NCBI GenBank assembly: GCA_964016885.1
Contig: OZ024741.1
Span: 330,212,001 to 330,276,000, forward strand
DNA from: Eledone cirrhosa
Taxonomy: Eukaryota
DNA length: 64,000 nucleotides
Direction: 5' to 3'
The position numbers and the translations under genes were made by a program. The notes under the pieces were generated by a model. The model was not told the origin of the DNA. It made no database searches and worked only from the letters and a program-made list of their open reading frames with translations. Shown here piece by piece: positions 48,996 to 61,300 of the stretch (position 1 is its first letter; every line of letters begins with the position of its first letter).

Positions 48996-51900
48996 GACAT
49001 TAATAACAAAACAAAAACAACTATAGTTCGATGTTCCCCACCAAACTTTGTTTACCAATAACTTTCTTAATAATGCATATTTTGCAAAGATACTCTTTCA
49101 AACATGTAGATTACAATTATTATGATGAAAGTATTTTTTAAACAAATTGTCATTTTCACTCATGGAAATACGAAAGTTATCTGTGATCTTAAAACGAAGG
49201 AATACCTTTTTTCTAACAAGCGCGAACTAGAATGTTTTAGTATTTTGCTAGCAAAACTAAATAGTTGTCTGACAAATTCTAAGGCGTTCTTTCCTAAATG
49301 TAAATTCAAAATGATATATTAGTAAAAGAAAATGTTTAAAATTAAGTTATGTTTGGTAATCATTAAAGAAAACATGAAGGGAAATAAATTATTGTAATTG
49401 ATTTAAATGAATGTAAAATGAAATTATTGTTTGGAGATTGTTGTTTGCTTAAAAGAAAAGAACACCGATTCTAAATACCTATATCATCTCCATGTCCCAT
49501 AGAAGCTAGAACTTGAAGTAAGCCAGGACTTATTATGCAAGGAATTCCTTTCAACGGCATTGTTTCTGTTGAATGAGAAATATTAAATATACAAAGTGCG
49601 AATTGGGGGAATAATAATCGAATAACGTGATAACTTGCAGTTATTTCCCTTGAAGGAGGCGTCTTACTGCGTCAACATAACCAGCCTTTGAAAGGAGTAC
49701 ACGCTGACAGAAATCGCATGTCTAACTACTGATGACTTCATCAAGACTGTGAGCACAGCCCTTCCGGAGCTGACGGTTCAGTTTTATGTTCTAGACGAAA
49801 TTCCTCAAAGGTTTTGCAACTGCCTTTTATGCTCTTTCTCCACTCAGCCCTATTTAGAACTATCTCCTCCCAGTTGTCTATAGCAAATGCCAGCTCTTTG
49901 AGATTGTTCTTGATGCTGTCCCTGAATCTCATTTCGGTTTGTGTTGAGGTCTTTTTCCAAGATGGAGCTCACTGTAAAAGAGTTGCTTCGGGATCCTGCT
50001 TTCTTTCATGTGGACGATATGTCCTGTCCAGCACATTTGAGATGTTACTTGCGACTCAACACTTGGACATTCTGCTTTGTTAAGAACATGTATGTCTTGC
50101 CATTTGATGTTGAATATGTGCCTTAAACATTTCTGCTGAAAAGGACCATGCAATTTGGTGTGTTTGCAGAATAGCGTCTAGGTTTCGGCGGAGTATAAAA
50201 GAGCAGACAGAACACATGATCTATACGCACACGCCTTGGTACTGTTGGTAACGTTGCGATTTGCCCAAACTCTCTTTTCCAATTTTCTGGATGCGCAGAT
50301 GTATTTCAGCATCTAAGGAGCCATCATTTGAGAGTGTGCTACACAAGTAGAAAATATATTTACTACTCCCAGCCTGGTTCCATCAACCATGATATTGGGT
50401 TCAGTATATGGTTCTCCAGGAGCAGGAGTAAACATTACATTGGTCTTTTTAAGGCTGATTGTAAGCCCAAATGCTGTACACGAGGATGAGAAATGGTCCA
50501 TAATGTGTTGCATGTCAGCTTCTGTGTGTGCTAGAAAACCAGCGTCGTCGGTATAAAGAAGGTCTCTGATCAGAACTTGAAAAGTTTTTGTCTTGGCATT
50601 AAACCTTCTTAAGTGGCACCAATATACAGCATTTTAATTGTTTTTTCTCTCAATCTATAATTCTAGAAATTATATTGTTGCAGTAGATGTCTCTGACTAT
50701 TCTCCATGGCCTTTGCTATTTTCTCCATGAGGCACAGCTGAAACACTGCTCAGACTGGGGTGTAGAGTCTGTCTCTCCCCCCTCCCCCTTTCTTTCGTTG
50801 ATCTTTTTTTTCTTTTTTCCTTTAAAAAACAAAAATGAAATACACTATATTTCAATTAATTAATGAAGAATTCTGAGAGAATTATAAATTATTTCATTAC
50901 TATGATAGTAAATTTATATATGGTTTTTGTATAAATTTTGTTGGAAGACTTTAATTTATTGAGTAATGTTACTCCAAAGAGCTTTTTCCGTCTGCTCGTA
51001 TTTGTGATCAATTTCTTCTGGTCATTACTCAAGATTCATGACCATAGGTAAGGTTTGGCATGAATACCGAATTGAAGATAGCGAGTTTGTCTTTTACGTC
51101 TACCTCTCTTTTGATTACTCAATGCTGAAGCTCGCGCATTACTGCACCAGCTCCTACGGTTCTTGAATTTCTCTAACTGCTTCAGTGGAACTCCATTCAC
51201 ATGAAGAGTACACTGTGCGGATTTCTTTGAGAGGATGAGTGTCTCAGTTTTCACAGCACTGATTTTCATTGCAGCACTTGGCATCAAACCTATCAAGTGC
51301 AAGTCAGAGATCACCTTCTGTTTGGTTAAGTAACATCATGTTGTCTGCAAATTCCAGCCAACTGATTTTACACCCGCCAGTCATGACACCACTTCCAACC
51401 CGGTTGCGCATGTCAATCCTGTTCATGGAAATAATCAATAGAGGAGGTGACAGTATGCAACCTTGGTGGAATCTGATTCCCACATTGAATGGTTTCGATT
51501 TAGCACCATTTATCTGAACACAAATAGTCAGGCATTCGTATAGAGACTTCAGGGCAGCAAGAAGCTGACCATCAAAACATACTCCTGAACAACCTACCAA
51601 AGCAGGTCCCAAGGAAGTGGTCATATGCCTTTTCAATGTCAACAAAACAAGAATATATTTTTCAAGGACCTGTTGCAGTGTGAATATTTGGTTGGCTGTG
51701 CTGCGTCCGGGGTGAAAACTGCACTGTTCATCAGTGTGTAGCTTGGAAATCAAAGAGTCACTCCAGGTAGAGCCGCTACTTCTCTGAATTGAGTGATCAC
51801 AACTCCGATACTATGGGCAAATTCAACCGGCAGGAGACCCAGGGGTGGACCCTGAGTAAGGTGGATGGATAACATCCATGAGTTTGGCAGGTCTCGCTTG

Positions 51901-53189
51901 GGGATCCAGCCGGATCAGTTGCAGACAGTTGTTCTGACAGTACCTGATGGAAGGAGGACTCTGACCTCACCACTCTCCCAGGAATAAGTGGACACAGAAG
52001 AAGATTGTAATTTAAATAGAAACCCTTTATGTAGTTTTCTTTCATAGAACCAAAGTTGGTTTTGGCTGATTCATATCAAAGGGTTAAATGTAAATGTGAG
52101 GGATAAGAGTTTGCATGAAATTTAGAGGTCCTTTTTAAGCCAGGAGTGAACAGGACTGGCTGGTGAATGGAGTCAACATAGGATAAAGAAGACCCACCAC
52201 CTCAGTCATGCCATGCACTTCACAACCTCTTTAGTGCAGGTGCCATAATAAAATACATCTGCAATACACTGTAAAGTGTTTGGCATTATTAAGAAAGTGC
52301 GGTGGATTGGCAGTATAGGTAGAGTGTCGGACACCATGCTTTGCAGTATAGAGTTACGACCCTTTGTATTCTGAATTCAAATCTCGCCAACGTTAGTAAC
52401 ACATTGGGGTCGATTTAATCAACTTTACCCTCCCCTTCAAATTGCTGGCCTTGTGCCTAAAGTAAAAATAATTATTAAGAAAGGGCTTCCAGCCATAGAA
52501 ACCATGTCTGATTATGGCACATGAGCAAGATGTGCTTATTCAACCGTCTCTTGTCTTGGATTGTGATGGCACATCCACACAATAGAGATATAAGATTATA
52601 TTCGTCTTCACATTGAACTGATGACAATGTACTGAAAAAAGAAAAGGATCTGATTTTTTAACGCAAAGAAACAATGTTGCCATAGCTGAAAATACTATTC
52701 ACAACATTCTACTTAAATTCTATGTATTATTTTTCATGTTCCATGGGTGGTGGATTGGCAAAATTGGTAGAGTAGGGCAATGTATTGGCAGTATCTAGGT
52801 TCAAATCCTGCTAGTGTTATCGTTGCCTCTCGTGCTTACAAGGTCGATAAAATAATATAGTACCAGTAATTCACTGGGGGGGTTGATTTAATTGACTTTC
52901 CCCTCCCCAAAATTGTTAGTCTTCTGTTTTAATCAGAAACCATTATTTTCATCGGTGGATTGGCAGTATCGGTAGAGGGTCGGACGCCATGCTTTGACGC
53001 ATAGAGTTACGTCCCTTGCCATTCTGAGTTCAAAGCCCGCCAAGGTTAACTTTGCCTTTCATCCTCATGGGGTCGACGAAATAAAGTACCAGTAATGCAC
53101 TGGGTAATTGCTGGCCTTGTGCCAAAAGTAGAAACAATTATTTTCATATCGTTCCATAATAAATGTATTTTCTTTCTTTTATTTTGTAG

Positions 53190-56100
53190 ATACATGGAAA
53201 GAAAGCTCTCCTGTGAGTATTTTCTGAAGAAATTTCTATTATTTTATATGTATTTTTTCCTTGATGGTATGGGTTGGACAGATCTTTTAAATCATTACAG
53301 CCTGCATTATCTGGTACACAGGGCGGTGGATTGGCAGTATCGGTAGAGGGTCGGACGCCATGCTTTCCAGCATAGTTACGTCCCTTTACGATCTGAGTTC
53401 AAATCCCGCCGAGGTTGACTTTGCCTTTCATCGTTACAGGGTCGATAAAATAAAGTACCAGTAATGCACTGGATAATTGCTGGCCTTGTGCCTAAAGTAG
53501 AAACAATTATCTGGTACACAGCAACAGTGAAGCCTGACCAACTTTGTTTTGTATGTCTCATATAGCTTGTGATGTGGCTTTGTATAAACAGTCCACTTTG
53601 TTAGGTGGTAGTGGTGGTGCCATGCACCCGGTACATTCTGCGAAGGGATTGGGAGGCACATGGCTTAGTGGTTAGAGCATTGGCCTTGCAATCGAAAGCT
53701 CGTGAGTTCAATTCTCAGACCGGGTGATGTGTTGTTTCCTTGAGCAAGACACTTTATTTCACATTACTCCAGTTTACTCAGCTGTAGAAATGAGATGATA
53801 GGGACTGGGGTCCATATCATTCCACTGCAAAGTGGTCGTGGAGGTGCCACGGCAAAAAAGCACCCAGCACTCACTGTAAATGAGGTTGGTGTTAGAAAGG
53901 CATCGAGCTGTAGAAATTAAGCCAGAATCAGTTCCCGTCCCACCCTTGCAAGCAGGGCAAAAGTGGACGTAAAATGAAATGATGATGATGATGATGATCC
54001 AGCTGTAGAAACCCTACCAAAATGGAACATATGAGCATCATGGTCATCTGCTGTGGTTAGCCTCAAAACGTGACAACTCATGCATGCATGGAAAATAGAC
54101 CTAAAACAGTAATGATGATGAATCACTTCACAGTGTAATGGTTAATCTTTATCAAGTGACTGACAATAAAAAGCACTAAGGAGTGCCTTCTAATGAGTTA
54201 CAGGTTGCCTGTGATGGGGCTTGCGGAGTTCACACCTCAGTAATATATTCCATTTTGCCAAGTGTTTGCTGGAAATGTCCCTCACCATCTTTACTCTTTG
54301 CTGTCCATAACAACTACTATACACAGCAGAGCTGTAAAACTGGCCAACTATAATAATTATCACCATTGTTTTTTTGTCCGTTTCTGCACGCTTGTATGTT
54401 GTTGTTGTTGTATGTCTTACAGTTAAGGCAGTGAATTGGCAGGATCATTAGATCGACAGATAGATTGCTTTGCATTATTCATTTTGGCTCGCTGCACTTA
54501 AATTCTATCAAGGTTAACTTTGTCTTGCATTCCTTTCAGTAAAGTCAGTAAAGTGCCAGTTGATTCATCCTCTCTGTCTCTCTCTCTGGAAGAAATCGGC
54601 AATGGTGGTACCTAGTGAGGGAACAGTGCTGCCCGATTTAAAGTGACCCTAAAACTCTCAGTAGTTATGGGAACATTAACAGTGATATATGTCTCATAGC
54701 TTAAACTGAGTGTGTTTTATCTTGTCGCCAATACTAGTGAAGTTGTTTGCAGTAGAGCTAGAGTATCTTCAACTTAGTATCCTAGACAAATGCCTTCTGT
54801 GTGTTATCCATCTCTCTTATTTATTAGAGATATAATATACACACACTCATACAAAGGGCTATGTCCCTTATATTCTAGTCATGTTATCTTTTGTAGTACA
54901 ACTCCAACAACAACAAACGATCACCTGTGAAGTTGATGTACCTAATAAAAGCATACAACAGCTCTACATGAGCGATGGATTACTGTTATAGTGAGTAATC
55001 TGACCCCCTTCAAAAATTCACTCAGGTGTTCACCAAGGATCTATTCTGTCTCCCAACACTTTTTAATTATGCCATCAATTGGATTGAAGAACATGACCTG
55101 AACAGTTTCCCAGGTGCTGCTGTGGAATGACACTTTAGTATAACTAATCCCTTGACTATGCTGACCACCTTGCAATAACTGTGTTAATGTCCAATCTGTT
55201 ATTGAATGACATCTACAGCTCATATCTATGCAGTTTAGCTGACCTTATAATAGGTTGCATCTGCTACGGGCCTCTGTCTTATCATGAAAAGTAATATGAA
55301 ATGAAGCATCTTGGTCAAGAACACAATACCTCCCTCTGCCCCAAAATTGAACCCCTGACCTTATGATCATGAGTCCAACAACCTTACGATTAGACCATGT
55401 GTCTTCACATACCCTCAATATGTTTTCCAGTCAATTGCCCTTGCACGCTGGCATGAACATCAATGCTGCAAAGGCAAAGATAACATTTGTTGTCATCTCA
55501 TCTGAGAGGATCTTCATCATACTCAATGATTCTGGAAGAAGCTGATCAATTCAAGTATCTCAGCACCATCTTCACTGCTATAGGCCAAGGTAGTGATGAG
55601 ATGATGACTGCATCAACTGTGTGCACACACTATATTCTGTCTTCAAAATCAGCTTCATTTCAGGTTGGAGAGCCATCTAACCACAAAAATCCACACTTAT
55701 TCACATTACCCTTCTGTATGGTCAGTGGCCAGCTTTGGTTCAAGCTGGAGAGCTATCTAGCCACTAAAATCTACATCTTTCAAATGCTCATTTGCGTCAT
55801 CCTTCTGTATGGTTGTAGCATGTAATTAGTGAGATCAGTGAGTGAACACATGCTAGATGGAAGTATTTGACTACTTTTGTCTTTGCTGAATCCTCTGTGT
55901 TTGCATATTGGATTTTGTGTTAAACTTTTAGAAATTCATTGTTGTTGCTGGATTGATTCCATCAAACAACTTTTAATCAAAAGGTACCACTGCTGGTTTG
56001 GTCCTACACTCCGTCCTTAACGAAGAAGTTGCACCATAGCCTTTCTCAGGATGGCGTAAGCAATAAAATGTGCATCTGGAGATGTGAGTTAATATAAACT

Positions 56101-58348
56101 AGTCTGATTTTGGATTGATATCTGGTCCTTGACTGAATGGTGTCCACAGTGTCTGTATCAAATGTTACAATTGCTCATGCTTGTTTTGGCTTCTGTTCAC
56201 TATGCTGTGATTTCACTGGTTGAAGCAGTCTACTTACAAGGGTCGGCTAAAAAGTTCATAGGTTGACTATGAAGGAGTGATGTTAGGAATCTTGCATTAT
56301 TTTCAATTCTTCTTATTAATAACTGAATTGTTTCTTTCTAGAGACTATGTTGAAAAATAAACCTCATTTGATCATACCATTGAGAGTATCTTATTTTACA
56401 AATAAATGTGAGATTTCTGATTGTTTTAAGATATGGCTTCTAGCCATATTGACCATTCAAGGTTCCTAAAAAAAGTACCAGTCTAGTACTGGCGTCGATT
56501 CTTCTTCTGTATCTCTTCCTCACTTCCATTCTTTCACTCCCTCTATCCTTCTCTGGAAGAAATCTGTTGTATTCAAACCTGGAGAGGAGACGGGTTTCGT
56601 CAGGTTTTAATACTCCAAGAAACACTGTATGTCGATATGTGCCCCTAGGGGTAACAGGTTCATACCCTACCACTAACAAATAGAATGCCAGAAAAAATAC
56701 TGAAACTAATATATTGATAAGTTGATGTAGTAGGTGAGAGGATTACTAAATAGATGTTTATGATTATCTGTACATCAATGGTGTTAAGGAGTGAATGTAT
56801 TATCATAATCACTTTATGTCCGCTTTTCCATGCTTGTATGGGTGGAACTGGTCTTTTCCAGCCCAGAATCCTTCCACTTGTTTTATTTCTTTATCATCTC
56901 CTCTGAGTTTCAGCAATTTGAAATCAGCTCTCACCACCTCTGCCCATGCCTTTGGTCTTCCTTTACTGCATTTTCCTTCCACTGTTATTTCTTCACTCAG
57001 CGATCATCATTGCTACACATCATACGTCTATATCTGTGAGGGCTTCTCTCTTGTACACATCTGATTCCTCTTATACCCAGTTTTATTTTTCTCAGCTCAT
57101 CCATGCTTCATCATTTATGCACATTTATGAAAACATGGCCGTTTCCCTCCAGTCTTGTTTTATTTTATAATTATCCTTGTATATCTGAGAGCAAGACTAA
57201 TAATTTTGTGATCTTGATTGTAGTTTTGTGTTCTTATATGTATGTGAGAGAGCAAGATTTGGATGGTTTTATTGTTCTTTTATGTGTGTGAGAGAGAGAG
57301 CAAAACTATGATAATTGTGTGTTTTGGGGTTAAAAAATATTTTTATCATTTGTTTGTTTATTTTGTTTCAGTGAAGCTGAATGGTGGTCGCACAGTAAGT
57401 GGCATCTTGCGTGGCTTTGATCCATTCATGAATTTGGTGATTGATGAATGTGTAGAAGAAACTAAGAATGGAGAAAAGAACCCCATTGGAATGGTGGTAA
57501 GAATTTCTATTAATTCTATAGAAATAATCTGGATGGTGAAAATCCACATCCTACAAGAGGTGCCTCTCATATGGCTAACATCTAGAGGAGTTAGCCTTGA
57601 TAAAAGTCCTGCTTGTCTCCTCGTAATTAGTAGCTTATACTAGCAGTTTAATTAGATGATCTCCATTGTAAACACCAGTGGCTTCGCAAATGATTGACTA
57701 TTAATTCAAGAATGGGTTGGCACAGCTGATCTAATTATTGGAGAAATTTATGAATATGTAGGTGTGGCGAGCCACATATTCCACCCATTAGAAAAAGCAA
57801 AATGAATGCTTCACCTTCGATGGAAGGATGACCCAAGAAAAGAACATTTGTAAAGAATTTAGATTTTCTTTGAGCCACAATACTGACACTATGAAAGTCA
57901 TAGAAAAAAAAATGATGATATAGTTTTAGTAAATCCCCCATTAAGTAATTGAAATATAATGTATATCATTACAAATATGGTGACAAAAGGGTTAAATCTA
58001 CTTCAGCACATGCTTGCTAGTTATTCTGTCTTCATTACTAGAAGTTGACCATGTGTTACAGAGAAATACAAATAACGTTGATATAGTTTCCCTTATTTTA
58101 TGATTCTTATTGAGCTAGAATTTTCTACTCCATAGAATAATAGGTGTGTATTTTAATTTTCTGACCTTGTCTAAGGATTGGACTCTGTTGCTCCAACTAT
58201 TAGTAAATATATTTACTATGATAAGACTCTTGGGTGTTGTCTGTCAGAGGTATGTTGCTAAATCATTTCACTTTTCTATTTTTTTCTTTCACAGGCAGTC
58301 CGAGGAAACAGCATAGTCCTACTTGAGGCATTAGACCGACTTTCCTGA
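53190..58348 (+). pseudogene. SNRPG: partial SNRPG duplicate 3 lacking exon 1 (exons 53190-53212, 57372-57496, 58295-58348)
   Basis: Coding exons identical to duplicate 2; splice sites intact. Confidence 0.85.
53322..53505 (+). mobile_element. full-length 184-bp tRNA/Nin-type SINE, very recent insertion
   Basis: 16-bp TSD ATTATCTGGTACACAG at 53306-21 and 53506-21; empty site in both other copies; B box GAGTTCAAATCC; Nin-like GCCTTTCATC...GGGTCGATAAAATAAAGTACCAG. Confidence 0.93.
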
Positions 58349-61300
58349 AGTTACCTTCATCATTCTTTGTGTGATTAAACATTTTTTTTTACAATTTGGC
58401 TAAAATAAATAATCTTTTATCACAAAATCTTGGTGTTTTGGTGGATTTCTTTACTAGCCAAACAATGTTAACTTTTAATATCCTGTGATTTATCTGAAAA
58501 TATCTAAAAATTAAGAGCTAGATGGCAGCCAAATACAGGATGCCAAGACAATCTAACCCGAACCTCTGCCCCATGTGGCTTGGTTTGGACAGAGATAGGG
58601 AGCGATGGAGGTCAATCAGAAAGGGGTTCCCCCAAAAAGAGAAGAGCCTGGATTTGGATTTGGTTCTAAAAGTTGCTTTGTTAATCTTTTTGTGACTATA
58701 TTTCTAACGAAATACATTTTATTTCATATAAAATTATGCTGGAAGATTTTAATTTAGCTGCTAATGAGAGATTGTATCTCCGATATTACAGATATGTGGT
58801 TAGTATGTCTCTGGAAAGAAATCCCTGGACAGATTTTACAGTTAAAACCAACCAACGGGGGATCTAGGGGTAGATCTTGAGCAAGATTGTTGGATAACAT
58901 CTATGGGCTCGGCTGGTCTTGCTTGGGAATTCAGCCAGATCAATTGGAGATGGTTGCTTCTGACAGGACCCAACAATCTATCTAATTTAAGACAGTGATA
59001 GTTGTCTATAGTTGATGACTCCCAGGAATAAGTGGATAAAGATGATTTCTGCTGGAAAGAGTACTTGACTTTTTCCCCACGACCTTCCCAGGATTAAATG
59101 AACAAAGATCTTAATTTAAATAGGAACTTTTTAAAATGGATGATTTGGGTTTTGGGTGGGTACTAGAGTAATTGAAACGTTTATGGCATCTTTACATCTG
59201 GATAGATCAGTGTGAAAATTTGCAGAAAATTGAATGTGATGCAATCAGTGTTGTTTTTATTACTTTTCAAGAATGTCTTGCTTATGCTGTTTCTTGTGGT
59301 ACAGGATGTTATGAATTAACATTAGTTGGTTGGATTTGTTATTAAAAAAAAATGTTTTTTAAGGGGTTTCTGTTTCATAGTGTTTATGGGACCTGATTGA
59401 GCACACCTGTTCAGTATAACTGGTTTATTATCTAAGTTTTAACCTTTTTATTACTACATTTCCCCTACTTTGCTTCTTTTTTACTCTCTTCCCTCTAAAG
59501 AATTCTATATATCTGGTTCCTCCAGCCTCACGGCAACAGGCTACTATGCTCTCCCATGTGTCTGGCAAGAGTTGGTGCATGAAGCCAGTTTGTGCCACAC
59601 CTGTGCAGCTCTTCATTGGCTTACTCTTTACTCTACTTTTAGCAGCTGGCAACCATGACATTGCAGTTCTTGCTGGTATATTGTCCCCTGTTTGTAGGAC
59701 ATGCCCTATCAGCTGCATTTTTCTGCTCTTGTTGACAAGACTGAGACATGTGGCATTAGTTCTTCGAAGCATATCTTCATTTGTGATCTTGCTTTGCCAT
59801 CTAATGCCCAGGATCTTTCGGAGACATCTTTGTTGGAAAGTATCAAGCTGTTTTTCAGTTATGGCGGTACACATTTGTGTGTCAGCAGCATAGGTTATTA
59901 TATATACCTCTCTCTAATACATCCAATTATCTAATGATCCTGTAAACATATGAGACTCAATAATTGTTTCTACATTAGGCACAAGGCCAGCAATTACCCA
60001 GTGTATTACTGGTACTTTATTTTATCGACCCTGTAAGGATGAAAGGCAAAGTTAACCTCGGCGGGATTTGAACTCAGACCATCCCGCCGAGGTTAACTTA
60101 TGAGACTCAATAATAACACTAGCTCAGCCATAAGATCATAAATGTGTTTATAAAATCATTTAACCTCCATAAATGTATTCATATAATTATTTAACATCCA
60201 AATGTATTTGTAAATTATTTATCTTCCAAAGGAAGATCAAAATTAACTGGTTCGTATGAGAACTTAGTGAAAGGCACTCAAGTGGTGGTGGTATCACTGA
60301 AGTTTACAAGACCCTTCTTAAGAATTATATTGCCATATTTTGCTGTGTCACTGCAAGGAAAAAGAAAAAAAAATATTTCATTTAAGAGGAAGAAAGAATA
60401 ATAATTGCTATAGCAATTTTTCAACCTAAATGCTCCGAGGTATTGCATATATATTTTTTTAGCAGAGTATTTCTGATTGGATGCCCTTCCTATCACATCC
60501 ATCTTACAGTGCGGACTGGGTGCATTATTCGTGCCACCAGCACTAGAGAGATCTTACTGGACTCAAGAGTCCTCTCCACCCTGTGTTAGTTTATATTTGG
60601 AGTGCCTGCTCTCCTAAACGGATTGCCTTCATTACAGCAGTAGTCTTTAAACAGAGTTATTTGCCCTCTTAGATGGATTGCCTTCACTACAACTTACAAA
60701 GCCCACGTCTACCCCATGCAGTCGTTTTTAATTAGAGTCACTGCTCTCCTAGGCTCAGCATCTGACCTGTGGATCATAATATATATGTTTGTGGTGTGTT
60801 TCATTTTGAAAACTATTGTCAATCATGTCATCATTTCGATTATACCCATGTTAAGAGTTGATGAAATAACAAAATATTCTGAATTATAGGTCAATATTTA
60901 GGATTGCACACTTTCACATCTTTTTATTTATGATGAATTTTTGAACCTGGTCTGTGGTATATTGTCCTTTCTGTTCACTTCACTGAATCTAATAAGGAAA
61001 TCACATGACAGAATAAAATAAAATGAAAATAAACCAAAGGAATACATTCTAAATACACAAAATATTGGGGTGAAATAGAGAAAACATTTTATGAATGAAA
61101 TTTATAACTGGAAACGACTTTTTCTAGATCTCTCAACTCACATGGTGTAAGCTTAAGTTGTTCTTTGAACAGAACTATCTTGATCACATATATGGCCTTG
61201 GCCATCCAATGAGCCTGATGGTAAGCCCCGAGAAGGAGAACGAGGAAGATGGCCAACCTCCAAGTGAGACGGTTGTCACGTGTTGAGGCTTGACCATTTA

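Larger units (their letters stand above)
33121..49788 (+). repeat. tandem segmental duplication, unit A (16668 bp)
   Basis: ORF track and sequence repeat at offset 16668, rising to 16868 after a 200-bp insertion in unit B. Confidence 0.95.
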
